Source of the DNA: Chiloscyllium plagiosum
Lineage: Eukaryota
Direction: 5' to 3'
Assembly (NCBI RefSeq): GCF_004010195.1
Contig: NC_057719.1
Coordinates: 64,133,962 to 64,197,961, forward strand
DNA length: 64,000 nt
The notes under the pieces: model-generated
Databases searched by the model: none
The model's input: only the letters and a program-made list of their open reading frames with translations
Told to the model about the DNA's origin: nothing
Translations under genes and position numbers: made by a program
Shown: in pieces, positions 13,419 to 26,740 of the stretch
Layout: each line of letters opens with the position of its first letter
How positions within the stretch are numbered: position 1 is the stretch's first letter

Positions 13419-14354
13419 GTAACTTGAATCCTGATCTATGTTTCATTTGGCTTTAAATGCAAATGTTTTGCAATTAACTGAGTTAAATTGTACCTGTGAT
13501 TTAAAAAAAACACTGCCTTCTCTCAGAAAATCTGCATAACCATTATTTAATTATGACTCTAAATGCCATCTATGACAATGTTTCCCAGAGTTGATACAAT
13601 AATTGCTACAGTTTTAAATTGAATTTGTTAATGAAGTATTACACACCAGAAAGGATAGAGGTCAATTCCTGGTCACTACCAAGTTCCTGATAAAGGGAAA
13701 ACTTGCCGAACAGCTAATTATTCAAAGGCCACTGTTGGAAAGTATTACTGTGTCGATGTCTGTTAAAGGGTCAAGTCTGGTTGTACATCTCACTCAGGAT
13801 GACTCGTCTCACACATGAGGAATGGCCACTTCGATACTGTTCAGACACAAATTGATGCCCCTTGTGCTTATTTCCCTCTTCACTGACCTATTAAGGGTGA
13901 TAGACAGAGCTCACTGAAGGAGGTTAGCACTGGTTCAGGGATTGTGAGGCCGTTTTAACATGGAGTATTACTTTGGGTCTTAGTTACAGCCTTTTGTGCT
14001 GTTGGCATTAATTTTAATGCATGGAGCATCCAGCTCTGATGGTCTGCTACAGGGGCATTTCTTGATTGAGTTGGCAATCCTCTACCTGTTGAGAATTTGG
14101 TTGGGAGTGGAGGATGAGGTGGGGAGCAATGTTGCTGCTCTCTTTGCAAAATGCTACATTGCTCCACAAATGTGATTCCAGTAGGCTGCCTGACTATGGC
14201 ACAGCAAATTGATCCAGTTCCTCAACCAGGAAACCTCCCTGGCATTGGGAATGCATCAGCAAGCCACCTTTCTCCAGTCTCTGATATTATCCCAATCTGC
14301 TTGCCTCCTATCTCATCTCCACAGGGATCAGGAAAATCAAACTTTCTAAATAGT

Positions 14355-14478
14355 GGAAACAAAAACAGAAAATACTGGAAAAGCAATTCAGATCTGAGGA
14401 AGGGTGACTTGACCTGAAACATTAGCTCCGATTTCTCTGCACAGATGTTGCCAGACCTGTTGAAGCTTTTCCAGCAAT
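14355..14478. mobile_element. Older hairpin-type Penelope-derived repeat
   Basis: Inverted arms AAACAAAAACAGAAAATACTGGAAAAGC / GCTTTTCCAGCAATTTCTGTTTTTGTTT. Related copies at about 12240-12330, 15700-15925 and 33385-33545. Confidence 0.5.
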
Positions 14479-14902
14479 TTCTGTTTTTGTTTCTAATTTA
14501 CAGCATCTGCAGTTCTTTTGGGGTTGTTTTCTAAATAATGGATTTGGCCTTTTGTGTATTTGCCAAATAAAGTTAAAATCAGCCACTTTGAAACTTTAGA
14601 ATGGATCATTCTTTTTTTAAGACCTTGTTTTAATTAGATGTGACATAACAGGAATGGTTAAAACGTGTTTACATTTTCACTTACTACACTGGTTGGTTTG
14701 CAAATTGAGTGTATATATTTGCTCAGACATTAATTCTATTGTGGAATAGCTAGTACGATTAAATATCCGTAAATCTGCTTCAAATGTGCTCAAGATTTGA
14801 ATTTAAATATGGATCTTATCTGTTGTGTAAACTGAAGTTTTGTGGGGAGCCAGTGAAGTTAAGTATGTTATTTTAACAATGGAAAGGCTAATGATACTTA
14901 TT

Positions 14903-15234
14903 AGATTTTAGATTAGATTTATTAGATTCCCTACAGTGTGGAAACAGGCCCTTCGGTCCAACAAGTCCACACCGACCTGCTGAAGCATAACCCATCCAGA
15001 CCCATTCTCCTACATTTATCCCTTCACTAACATTACGGGCAATTTAGCCAGGCCAATTCACCTGACCTGCACATTTTTGGATTGTGGGAGGAAACCGGAA
15101 CACCCGGAGGAAACTCGTGTAGACACGGGGAGAATGTGTAAACTCCACACAGTCAGTCGCCTGAGGAGGAAATTGAACCCGAGTCTCTGGCGCTGTGAGG
15201 CAGCAGTGCTAACCACTGTGCCACCGTGTCGCCC
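14903..15234 (-). mobile_element. HE1-type tRNA-derived SINE
   Basis: Head GGCGACACGGTGGCACAGTGGTTAGCACTGCTGCCTCAC with A/B boxes; (AATCT)n tail. Confidence 0.9.
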
Positions 15235-15396
15235 GTACTGCCAGACCAAATTGTGTTCTATCTCAGTACATTCCAGGAGCTGTTGTACAACCTGACTCTA
15301 CCTGTTAGAATGTTATGGCAAATTATATTATCTCTAAAACATTAATATTTCTCACTTCCAGATGCCTGAACATTATGAATTTCTCTTCTCATTTAG

Positions 15397-15480
15397 GGAC
15401 ACAAAAGGAAGAATTGGAAAGTGAGAAGATTTGTTTTGAGGGCAGACCCTTCACATCTGCATTATTACGATCCCTGCAAG
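15397..15480 (+). CDS. PLEK2: Pleckstrin-2 coding exon 7 (C-terminal PH domain)
   Basis: GHKRKNWKVRRFVLRADPSHLHYYDPCK; donor is GTTACT. Confidence 0.95.
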
Positions 15481-16069
15481 GTTACTGTCATGTTTTTATT
15501 AATTTGCATTTTCTCTGCAGCTCTAGCTGCCTCTGTCACACCACTTGAGGAGTGATAAGACTGGTTCTCATACTGGAGTGGGGTATCTACTTTGAATATC
15601 AGCCCATAATTTGGACATATGTTCCCCTCCCTGCATCCCCTCTCCACCCCTTGCATCGAAACCCAGCTAAGTGTTAATGCTCTGATACAACAGCAAAATA
15701 ATGTAGAAATCTGGAATAAAACAAACATGCTGGAAATATCGAGCAGCACAGGTAGCATCCGTGGAGAGAGATACAAAATTGATCTAACATGTCAGATCAA
15801 ATATTTTTCATCAGAACTTTCATCATTGGGTTTCTGATGAAAGGTCATCAAACATATTAGCTCTATTTCTGTCTCTACAGATGCTGCCAATCAGACCTGC
15901 TGAATATTTTCAGCATGTTTTGTTAAATGCTATCATTCTTTTATTACTAATTTAGATACTATACGACAGCAAGCACAGGACATGGGTCATTAGCTGTTCA
16001 GAAAGGCAAACAATGGTACTTCATACTAACATTTAGCTCTTTATGTTGATCTAGCCACATTCACATTTT

Positions 16070-17985
16070 TTAGAAGCCCTACAGTGTGTGGAAACAGGCA
16101 ATTCAGCCCAACATTAGTCCACACTGACTCTTCAAAGAGCATCCCACTAATTAAGAACGATGGTAAAGAAAAGTCAGGGAACTATAGACTGGTGAGCCTG
16201 ACATTGGCTGTGGGCAAATTGTTGGATGGGATCCTGAGGGACAGGATTTACATGCATTTGGAAAGACAAGGACTTATTAGGGATAGTCAACATGGCTTTG
16301 TGCGTGGGAAATCATGTCTCACAAACTTTATTGAGATTTTTGAAGAAGTAACAAAGAGAATTGATGAGGGCAGAGCAGTGGACGTGATCAATATGGACTT
16401 CAGAAAGGTGTTTGACAAGGTTCATCATGGTAGATTGGTTAGCAAGGTTAGGTCTCATGGAATACAGGGAATCATTTGAACAAACAAAGAACAAAGAAAA
16501 TTTACAGCCCTTCGGCCCTCCAAACCTGAGCCAATCCAAATCTACTGTCTAAACCTGTCACCCAATTCCTAAGCATTTGTATCTCTCTACTCCCCACCTA
16601 CTCATGCATCTGTCCACATATTTCTTAAACGAATCTACCGTGCCTGCCTCTACCACCTCTGCTGGCAACGCGTTCCAGACACCCACCATCCTCTGTGTAA
16701 AGTACATTTGGATACAGAAATGGCTTGAAGGTAGAAGACAGAGGGTGGTGGTGGAGGATTGCCTTTCAGACTGGAAGCCTGTGACCAGTGGTATGCCACA
16801 AGGATCAGTGTGGGGTCCACCGCTTTTCATCATTTATATAAATTATTTGGATGTGAACATAGGAGGTATAGTTAGTAAGTTTGCAGATGACACCAAAATT
16901 GGAGGTGTAGTGGACAGTGAAGAAGGTTACCTCAAAGTACAATGGGATCTTGATCAGATGGGCCAATGGGCTGAGGAGTGGCAGATGGGTATTTGGGTAA
17001 ATGTGAGGTGCTGCATTTTGGAAATGCAAATCAGGGCAGGACTTATACACTTACTGGTAGGTTCCTAGGGAGTGTTACTGAACAAAGAGACCTTGGCATG
17101 CAGGTTCATAAGACTTTGAAAGTAGAGTCGCAGGTAGATAGGATAGTGAAGAAGGCGTTTTGGTATGCTTTCCTTTATTGGTCAGAGTATTGAGTACAAG
17201 AGTTGGGAGGTCATGTTGCAGCTGTACAGGACATTGGTTAGGCCATTGTTGGAATATTGCATGCAGCTCTGATCTCCCTCCTATCAAAAAGATGTTGTGA
17301 AATTTGAAAGGGTCCAGAAAAGATTTACAAGGATGTTGCAAGAGTTGGAGGATTTGAACTATAGGGAGAGGCTGAATAGGCTGGGGCTATTTTCCCTGAA
17401 GTGCCAGAGGCTGAGGGGTGACATTATAGAGGTTTATAAAATTATGAGGGGCATGGATAGGATATACAGACAAGGTCTTTTCCCTGGGGTGGGGGAGTCC
17501 AGAACTAGAGAGCATAGGTTTATGGTGAGAGGGGAAAGATTTAAAAAGGACTTAAGAGACAACATTTGTGGTGTGTGTATGGAACATGCTGCCAGACAAA
17601 GTGGTGGAGGCTGGTACAATGACAACATTTAAAAGGCATCTGGATGGGTGTATGAATAGGAAGGGTTTAGAGGGACAGGGGCTAAGTGCCAGCAAATGGG
17701 TCTAGATTAGGATAGGATATCTGGTTGCATGTATGAGTTGGACTGAAGAGTCTGTTTCCATGTTGTATGTTTCTATGATACCCAGAGTCACTCCCCTACC
17801 CTATCCCTGGAACTCTGCATTTCCCACAGCTAATCCATCTAAACTGCACATCTTTGGAGTGTGGGAGAAAGCCAGAGCACCCAGAGGAAACTCACACAGA
17901 CAGTCACCTGAGGCAGGAATTGAACCTGGGTCCCTTGCACTGTGAGGCAGCAGTGCTAACTACTGAGCCACCTGTGCTGCCTGAG
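16070..17985. mobile_element. Nested cluster: - strand HE1 SINE split by a + strand CR1 (about 16147-17780), which itself carries a - strand CR1 3' end (about 16476-16703)
   Basis: SINE tail at 16070-16146 and SINE head at 17781-17985. CR1 RT motifs break at SHGIQG and resume at IWIQKWL. Confidence 0.85.
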
Positions 17986-18089
17986 CACCTACAATATTCA
18001 AAACGATCTGTCAGTTGTTGCTCATTGAGTAACAATCTTCCCCGTGTGTCAGAGGGTTGTAGGTTTGAAACCCACTGCAGTCTCAGGAT

Positions 18090-18372
18090 AAAGGTGTGCA
18101 ATTTTATGACTGAGATGTGGAGGAATTTCTCCCCTGCGAGGGTTGAGATTGTTTGGAACTCCTTGCCACAGAGAGAGCTGTGGAGGCAGAGTCCTGATGT
18201 ATATTTAAGGCTGAGATATACAGTTTCTTGGTCAGTAGGGGAATTAAGGATTACAGAGAAAGGGCAGGAAAGTGGATGTGAAGAATGTAGTTCAGCCATA
18301 ACCCTATTGCAGAGTGGGAAAGTTCAAGGGGCCAAATTGCCTACTCCTATTCTTATTTCTTATGATCTTATG
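18090..18372 (+). mobile_element. CR1 3' fragment
   Basis: TEMWRNFS..RV..VWNSLPQ, followed by a CR1-type tail. Confidence 0.75.
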
Positions 18373-19036
18373 CAGTAACTTAAACACAGTCTCAGCTGAC
18401 ACTCCTGTTTAGTGCCCAAGGAAGAGCCGCACTATTGGAGTTGCTGTCTTTTGGGGTTTCAAAGCTGAATTTTAATTTTCTTTACCAGCTAATGCTTCAT
18501 CAGCAAAAAAGGATGCAGATCTCCAAACAAAAGTCCTCTGAAATCCATCAAATCTCATCCACCCTTCTCTTGATGTACTCTTGTTAACCTCTACCTCACC
18601 GGAGGAACAGAGTCTATGGTGGCTTGAAGGAACGACCTACAAACTTTTCGTACTCCCGGAAGATACAGCACAATGAAAATGCAGTATGGCCTACCACAAA
18701 GATGAGAAACTTCATGAACAGGCTATCTGCTGTGTCTGCCAGGCTACCTATGTTCTGGATGTTGCTTGATTCTGTGATTATGTAAAACAGCCAGAGAGAG
18801 AGAGTGGGGGTGTAGCACTTTTGCCTTTCTTCACTGTAATCCAGTTTCTCTATGTAGAATTTGTTGAGACTGTGTCCTATAGAACGACAAATGTCTGGAA
18901 CATTGGAATTAGAAATTTGACTGTAACTTGCATTTAATGTGTGTTTCTGATACTTTTAACACTCCATAAAGTAACTTTGAGTAAATAGTGGAAGATTTTT
19001 CTCAATTGACCTGAAGTAACTGTCTTACATCATTAG

Positions 19037-19118
19037 GAAAAAAATGATCAGCCGGTTGGTGGATTTTCACTTCGTGGCTGCTTGGTGTCTGCTTTGGAAG
19101 ACAATGGAATCCCACCAG
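19037..19118 (+). CDS. PLEK2: Pleckstrin-2 coding exon 8
   Basis: EKNDQPVGGFSLRGCLVSALEDNGIPP|gtgag; closely matches PLEK2 rather than PLEK. Confidence 0.95.
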
Positions 19119-20146
19119 GTGAGACTTGGTTTTTCATTATTAAAAACAGGTCAAGGTAGATGGATCAGTTCAGCAAAATTTCATTGTAAAATTAAATTGT
19201 GTGAAAAATTACAGTAACATTATGGTCAGTCATTCGTGAGTTAGCAACAAAAGATAATGTCCAAACCAACTACCTGATAATTTGCAAGCTACCGTCAAAA
19301 ATAAAAAAAACTCTTGGATTATCATGAAAAACAATTGGTTTTTCAGGGACGAGATCCTGTAATTCCTGCAGAACCTGGCTCAGCCTCCCACAACCTGGTT
19401 GACTCTTAATTGCCTCTGCAATATCCCAGCAAGCTGCTCAATTATCAATGCAGTTACTAATGAAGAACAATGACTATTATCTTTTTAGGAGGACAATAAA
19501 TCAGGACTTGCTCATATCACCCACATTTTGAGAACAATTTGCAAATCAAATATTTATGAAAAGTTTACTTCTAAGACAAGCATGGCAACAATCATTGACC
19601 AGAAATTAAGCTGGTTTTCCACTGTTTAAGATACTTAATGAGGAGTATGTCTGCAAAGTGCACAACCTATGGGTTTCATTTCACTATGTTAAGGAATAAA
19701 GCAGCGCTTCCCAAATTTTCTACCCCTTGGTGAAAACTTAGAGCTGGAAGAGTTAGGAGAAGTAACCTGTGAGAGCAAAAGGGAAGAGGATGCCTTCACA
19801 TGGAGTCCCAGCCCCCAGTTTGGGAAGCCCAGATTTAAAGACTACACCATGATTCTCTTACCTGTTGGAGAGGTAGCTCTCCACCAAGTTAGTGTTAAGT
19901 GAGATGTCAACTTTGACAACATAAGTAAGATGTAGCAATGTGCAGTATATACAGTGAGTTTGAAAATAGGAGGTTATCTGACATATTTATCCGATAACAG
20001 AAATTATATAACTCTGGTTAGGCCCCATTTAGAATACTGTGTCCAGTTTTGGGCCCCATACCTCGGGAAGGACATACTGGCACTGGAGCATGTCCAGCGC
20101 AGATTCACACAGATGATCCCTGGAATAGTAGGCCTAACATACAATG

Positions 20147-20363
20147 GAGGAGAAAGTGAGGTCTGCAGATGCTGGAGATCAAAGTTGAAACTTTATTGCT
20201 GGAACAGCACAGCAGGTCAGGCAGCATCCAGGGAACAGGAGATTCGACGTTTCGGGCACAGGCCGAAGAAGGCCCTGAAGAAGGGCCTGTGCCCGAAACG
20301 TCGAATCTCCTGTTCCCTGGATGCTGCCTGACCTGCTGTGCTGTTCCAGCAATAAAGTTTCAA
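20147..20363. mobile_element. Hairpin non-autonomous Penelope-type element
   Basis: Perfect 81-bp inverted arms (20184-20264 / 20284-20364), a 37-nt one-sided tail and a 13-bp TSD CTAACATACAATG. Confidence 0.85.
20275..20302 (+). ncRNA. Putative minimal type I hammerhead ribozyme core
   Basis: CTGAAGA-A-GGGC-CTGT-GCCC-GAAAC-GTC. Confidence 0.7.
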
Positions 20364-21078
20364 CTAACATACAATGAACAGCTGAGGATCCTGGGATTGT
20401 GTTCATTAGAGTTTAGAAGGTTGAAGGGAGATTTAATAGAAACTTACAAGACAGTGCATGGCTTAGAAAGGGTGGACACTGGGAATTTGTTTCTGTCAGG
20501 TGGGGATACTAGGAGCAATGGGCACAGCCTTAGAATTAGAGGGGGTCAATTCAAAACGGAAATGAGGAGACATTTCTTCAGCCAGAGAGTGGTGGGCCTG
20601 TGGAATTCATTGCCATGGACCGCAGTGGAGGCCAAGTTAAATGTCTTCAAGGCAGAGATTGATAAATTCTTAATCTCGCAAGGAATTAAGGGCTATGGGA
20701 GAGTGTGGGTAAGTGGCGTTGAAATGCCCATCAGCCATGATTGAATGGCTGAGTGGACTCGATGGACCGAATAGCTTTACTTCCACTCCTATGCCTTATG
20801 ATCTTATGGTCTTACAGACTTACTTTGTCTTTTATTAACAACTGGTAGAACTGCATTGAAAGGCAATAAAAAAGGAATTACAATTGTGTTGGTCCTTTCC
20901 AAGTTATGATGTTCCTTGTTTTAGAGATTTCTAGATCTCTTCAAAGCTATGGCTTGTATTAGGGAGCTACAAAGATTGGCTCACCCAATCAGTTTTTACT
21001 ATCTTGAGGAAGAAAAACTGTCCTTGTTTTGATATAGCAAGTATAAATGTTTATCTTTCTGATTATTCAATCTTTCAG

Positions 21079-21206
21079 GAATAAAGGGAAATGTTCAGGG
21101 TAATCTCTTCAAGATCATAACCACAGATGATGTGCATTATTACGTTCAAGCCGGTTCCCGTGCTGAAAGGTCAGAGTGGATCCAGGCAATCAAACAAGTG
21201 ACATAG
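21079..21206 (+). CDS. PLEK2: Pleckstrin-2 coding exon 9 (terminal)
   Basis: GIKGNVQGNLFKIITTDDVHYYVQAGSRAERSEWIQAIKQVT-TAG. The spliced CDS is 1071 nt (356 aa) and stays in frame throughout. Confidence 0.96.
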
Positions 21207-21523
21207 ACCTTGTACAAAGGTGCTTGCAGTTGGAGCTAGGAAGAATAACAAAGAAAATGAATTGAAGCAAAATTTCAATAAGGAATTCCAATTCATGATG
21301 TTTGGATTTGTTTTTTGTGACATATCACAGAGAATGCAGTCATGAAAATGAAAACATTTTGTTAAATATTATTTCTTTCTCACTCACTCTTTCACCCTCA
21401 CACCTATACATATATATATATTTGCCAAACATACAATTTGCCAAAAAGGATAACCTTTTGTTGACAATATGCTCTCTCTTTCTGGCGGAGTCGAGTGAAC
21501 TTAGTAGACTTTGGACATAAAGC

Positions 21524-21529
21524 AATAAA
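21524..21529 (+). terminator. Candidate PLEK2 polyadenylation signal
   Basis: AATAAA about 320 nt after the stop codon. Confidence 0.35.
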
Positions 21530-23278
21530 AACACAGGAGGATAATCTAAACATTGGATTAATATTTGCTAACTATCCATCTGTTAATATTTTATGAATAG
21601 AGTTACCAAATTGAGATTGTACAGCCTTTGTGTACAGAAACAATAAGTTTCAGACAGGTGAGGTCTTGTATTTGTATTTAATTTTCCAAATTGTTATTTA
21701 TGCACTTTATTTTTTTAGATGTAATTTTTCGTTCCTTTTTTGTCATGTTGTTGTTTTAATGTGTACCCAAATATAAATACTTTGTGGAAATAACTGACAT
21801 ATTTGAATTTTTGCTGATCTCTTTTACATGGTGCTGAGTAATACTCTTTTTTTTAATTCACTTGTGGGAGATGGGCTGATCTGTGGCTTTTGAATGTAAT
21901 TAAGAGGATAAAAATCTAATAATTAAAAGAGAAAGCTGAATGTTTAGAAGTCTTTTATCTCATCTCTGGTCAATCTCGAGTCAATTGATTCCCACCAGTG
22001 AACAGAGATAGGTTTGCTACAAATGATTGTTTTCCTGATCTAGCAATTGATGGTGATGGTGAGAATGAACCAGGTTTTCCACTCCTGGCAGCTGTCCCGT
22101 GCCAACTGGTGGAAGGTGATATCTTTTAGAGGAAAGTAGCCTATAAAGCTCTTTTTCTCGGTGCATAAAGATTCCAATCAGATGGCTGATTCCACATCAT
22201 CCCACTGTTGTCAATTTGGGCTGAATTAGAGCAGAAATCAAAAACAAAGGCTGAAGGAAACCTCAACAGATTTGTTTTTTTATCTCCTTCTAAATGAACT
22301 TAGCCAATGAGCAAGTGATGCTGTCCAGAGAATTAAGGTTACAAGCTGAATCCTTGCTGTGCTCTTTGAGTTAAACTCAGCATGAGCAGTAGGAAGGGTT
22401 TTGGCTAGGGTTGGGAGATTCAATGAAGGTTCTTACATCTTATTGCTTTCCAAATACCCCCGTTCAGAGTGAATGTGAAGTTAAAAAAAATCTAACTTTT
22501 ATTCTGATATCTTCCCCTACAAACCTTGCCACGTGGATAATGTGTGATGGACATGCTTGTTAATGAGTGGGTAGTTTTGGGTAAGATTTGGACAGAGTGA
22601 GTGGGAGAGTGAGAGTGTTCTTCAGATGAAGGGTAAGTAGGAAAATTGGCTCAGACAACTGTTTAGTTTGATAGGGTGGAGATAAGAAAAGGAACTATTT
22701 TTTTCCCACCCCTTTAATGGGTGACCTCCTTGCTAGGAAGTATGGTAACACAGAAACAAACAACTCTCTGGAGACTTGCTATTAACATGGGAGACCAGCA
22801 AAAAGATTGAACTCCATCTTTTTCTGAACCAATCTTTGCATATCTATCCTGTCTCATTAAGGGAGGTTCTTGGCAACGCTCAAAAAGGTTCATCTGAAAC
22901 AAATCTATTTTTGTCCTTGTCCATATTTCGATCCAGCAGATTGGTGAATAGTAAACAGAAAGCCTGATTGATATTCCCCTGTACTGCCTGGAAAGAAACA
23001 TTACTGAAAAAGAACAAGTTCATTGATATTGGTGATTTGCAAAAGTGTGCTTCAGATGGCTGTTTTAAAAGTGCACTGTCTCGCACTGTTATTTTGTGAG
23101 ATTTGTTGAAAGTACCAATAAAACAGACTTACACAAATTAAAACTCCAGAATATGAACAATACAATTAATATTCCAATCACCAACCCATGTTTGGCGCAT
23201 TCTTGGTGCAGAAGGCTTTTGTTGACTCAGTGTCTTCAGGGCTTCACATAGCGTACCAAATATGGACAAGCACTATCT

Positions 23279-23610
23279 GGCATGGTGACTCAGCCGTTTG
23301 CACTGCTGCCTCATAGTGCAAGGGATTTGGGTTCAATTCTAGCCTTGGATGACTGCCTGTGTGGAATTTGCACATTCTCCCTATGTCTACTTGAGTTTCC
23401 TCCGGGTTCCTCCCAAAATCCAAAGATGTGCAGGTTAGGTGGATGGGCCATGCTAAATTGCCCATGGTGTCCTGCGTTGTGCAGGTTATGTGGATTAGCT
23501 AGGGGGAATGCAGGATTACAGGGATAGGGTGGGGGGGTTTGCCTGGGTGAGGTGCTCTTCAGAGGGTCTGGGGCTGAATGGCCTGCTCCCCCATTGTAGG
23601 GATTCTATGA
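23279..23610 (+). mobile_element. HE1-type SINE
   Basis: Degenerate tRNA head plus the conserved central domain. Confidence 0.85.
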
Positions 23611-24029
23611 AGACACCCTGTCCACTGATCTTCTGGATTTTGCATTTGAAAGGGTTGATTTAGCCAACTCCAGTAGCAGACCAAGAAGACAATTTCTCAA
23701 ATGCGTTATAACTTTAAATAAGAAATACAGCGAAAAATTAACATCAGAAGATGAGGGACAGGGCTGAAGACAGAAGAGCTGCAAACTTTGGACTCACAGA
23801 AAGATATATAAATGCAGAATATTTCAGTGTTGTCATTACAAAAAAAAACAAATGTCAACTGTGGCTCCAATGGTAGCACTGCGCACCTGAATCAAAGATC
23901 GCTTTAAATTGATTCCAAGAGTTGAGCACATCAGGTTTTGTACTCAAATGCAGTGCTAAAGGAGTGGTGTTAACGTTTGGATGAAATAATCTCCTTTACA
24001 GGTGGATGTAAAAATTCCCAAGGAGGACT

Positions 24030-25290
24030 TAGAGTCATAGACTCAGAGATGTACAGTATGGAAGCAGACCCTTCAGTCCAACCCATCCATGCCAACCAGA
24101 TGCTCAACCCAATTTAGTTCCACCTGCCAGTACCCGGCCCATATCCCTCCAAACCCTTCCTATTCATATACCCATGCAGATGCCTTTTAAATGTTAAAAT
24201 TGTACTAGCCTCCACCACTTCCTCTGGCAGCTCATTCCACACATGTGCCACCCTCTGTGTGAAAACGTTGCCCCTTATATCTTTCCCCTCTCACCCTAAA
24301 CCTATGTCCCCTAGTTCTGGACTCCCCAACCCCAGGGAAGAGACTTTGTCCATTTATCCTATCCATGCCCCTCACGATTTTATAAACTTCTATAAGGTCA
24401 CCCCTCAGCCTCCGACGTTCCAGGGAAAACAGCTCCAGCCTATTCAACCTCTCCCTATAGATGAAATCCTCCAACCGTGGCAATATCCTTGTAAATATTT
24501 TCTGAACCCTTTCAAGTTTTACAACATCCTTCCGATAGGAAGGAGACCAGAATTGCACACAATATTCCAACAGTGGCCTAACCAATGTCATGTATAGCTG
24601 CAACATGACCTCCCAACTCCTGTACTCAATACTCTGACCAATAAATGAAACATACCAAACGCCTTTTTCACCATCCTATCTACTTGCAACTCTACTTTCA
24701 AGGAGCTATGAACTTGCACTCCAAGGTCTCTTTGTTCAGCAACACTCCCCAGAAGTGTCTACATCCTGCTAAGATTTGCTTTCCCATTATGCAGCACCTC
24801 ACATTTATCTAAATTAAACTCCATCTGCCACTCCTCAGCCCATTGACCCATCTGATCAAGATCCCATTGTAATCTGAGGCAACCTTCTTCGCTGTCCACT
24901 ACAACTCCAATTTTGATATCATCTGCAAACTTACTAACTATACCTCTTATGTTCACATCCAAATCATTTATATAAATGATGAAAAGTAGAGGACCCAGCA
25001 TTGATGCTTGTGGCAATCCATTGGTCACAGGCCTCCAATCTGAAAAACAACCTTTCACCACCAACCTCTGTCTTCAACCTTTGAGTCAATTCTGTATCCA
25101 AATGGCTAGTTCTTCCTGTATTCCATAAGGTCTAACCTCGCTAATCAGTCTTCCATGGGGAACCTTGTCAAACACCTTACTGAAGTCCATATAGATCGCA
25201 TCTACTGCTCTGCCCTCATCAATCCTCTTTGTTGCTTCTTCAAAAAACTCAGTCAAGTTTGTGAGACATGACTTCCCATGCACAAAGCCT
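24030..25290 (-). mobile_element. 5'-truncated CR1 LINE (disrupted)
   Basis: DFSKVFDKVPH, SKFADD and LEYCVQFW motifs across broken frames. Confidence 0.93.
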
Positions 25291-25742
25291 TTTACCCTTG
25301 CTGTCTTGGTCAATGCTTCACCCTCAGTTGACTGAAAGAGAGTATCTGGTTGTTTTTACATTGCTACCTGTTGGAGTTTGCTGTGTGCAAGTTGCTTTCT
25401 TGGTTCATAAATTACAATAGTGAATGCACATCAGAGGTGTTTTGTCGACTTGTAAAGTGCTGTGGGATGTCCACTAGTTGGGAAAGGAGCTACCTAAATG
25501 AAACATATTTCTAAAAATATCAGCAAAGTCGATGCAGTAGTGCTGCAATACTGGATTCATTTTTTTCAAAATATGACAGTTTTAAGGCATGCTCGGGGAT
25601 GGGAGTGAACTTGGAAGAAGAGGGAAGAGTGAAAGGAACAAGGGGAAAGAGAAAGGAAATTGAGAGGCATGACGAATGATAGGGGTGAGGGAGGGGAAGA
25701 GCAGCTCTTGACAGGCTGAAGAGATGGAAATGGAATGATAAG

Positions 25743-26052
25743 GGGCAGCATGGTGGCTCAGTGGTTAGCATTGCTGCCTCACAGCGCCAGGGACCCAGGG
25801 TTGAGTTCCACCTTGGGTGACTGTCTGTATGGAGATTGCTCATTCTCCCCGTTCTGCGTGGGTTTCCTCCCACAATCCAAAGATGTGCAAGTCAGGTGAG
25901 TTGGCCATGCTAAATTGCCCATAGTGTTAGGTGCGTTCATTAGAGGTAAATATCAGGTAGGGGAATGGGTTTGGGTGGGTTACTCTTCAGAGGGTTGGTG
26001 TGGACTTGTTGGGCTAAAGGGCCTGTTTCCATACTGTAGCGAATCTAATCTA
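25743..26052 (+). mobile_element. HE1-type SINE
   Basis: GGGGCAGCATGGTGGCTCAGTGGTTAGC head and AATCTAATCT tail. Confidence 0.9.
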
Positions 26053-26740
26053 AAGATAATAACAAAAAGGGAAGAAGAAATATAACTCCTAAAGATCAAA
26101 GGTGCTTCCAGTTTATCTTGTGCCTTCAGTCTTGACCATTGGTGCTTTTTTACGTCAATATGTGCTGACATTTTTCATGGCTGTCTTTGATGAGAAAAGA
26201 AGCCTGATCCCTGTTGTTGTGCTCTATGACCCAAGGTGCAATGATTTGGCCTCTGCCATAAAATGGTTTATATTTACATCCCATGCTTCTTTTTCTAGTC
26301 AACAGAAGAGTGACTTTGGAAGGAACTAAGGCCATAGCTCCAAGCTGGAGCTCTGTCAACCTAAGTACTACTGCAGTTTAGGACTTGGAGCTTTTTGTTG
26401 AACCCTGAACTGAACTTTAAACACCATGTCCGCTCCAACACCAAGGTCATTAATTTTCACCCAGATATCATAGCCCATTCATAGCTGTCGTTTGCAGGTA
26501 TAATTTTCTTGCACACTATCTCAGTGTTCAAAACAGTGAGGTATATCCATAGCAAAATGCAGCTTCTTATAGATTCTTCCATCCCATGTTACATCTTTCT
26601 TATCCATTGTGGCCAGTCTCTTTGACATCCTCCATTGCAAAATCCTTACCTATAAACTCCTCCTTAGTCTTGTTCCATCCACTTTTTAACTCCTCTGAAT
26701 CCCATACTCCAGTTAATGGTAACTGATGAGGCTGGTGATG

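Larger units (their letters stand above)
20000..20815 (+). mobile_element. CR1 3' fragment interrupted by a hairpin insert
   Basis: [13 protein letters not shown]...RRLKGDLIETYK...WNSLP, with a (CTTATG)n-like tail. Confidence 0.9.

Noticed and set aside
14903..15234. tRNA-like heads as tRNA genes
   Set aside because: They continue into a SINE body and tail and occur in many diverged copies.
1464..21206. Call as PLEK (pleckstrin-1)
   Set aside because: GHIVHNWK, QFLDDSTALY, PVGGFSLRG and KGNVQGNLFK are PLEK2-type.
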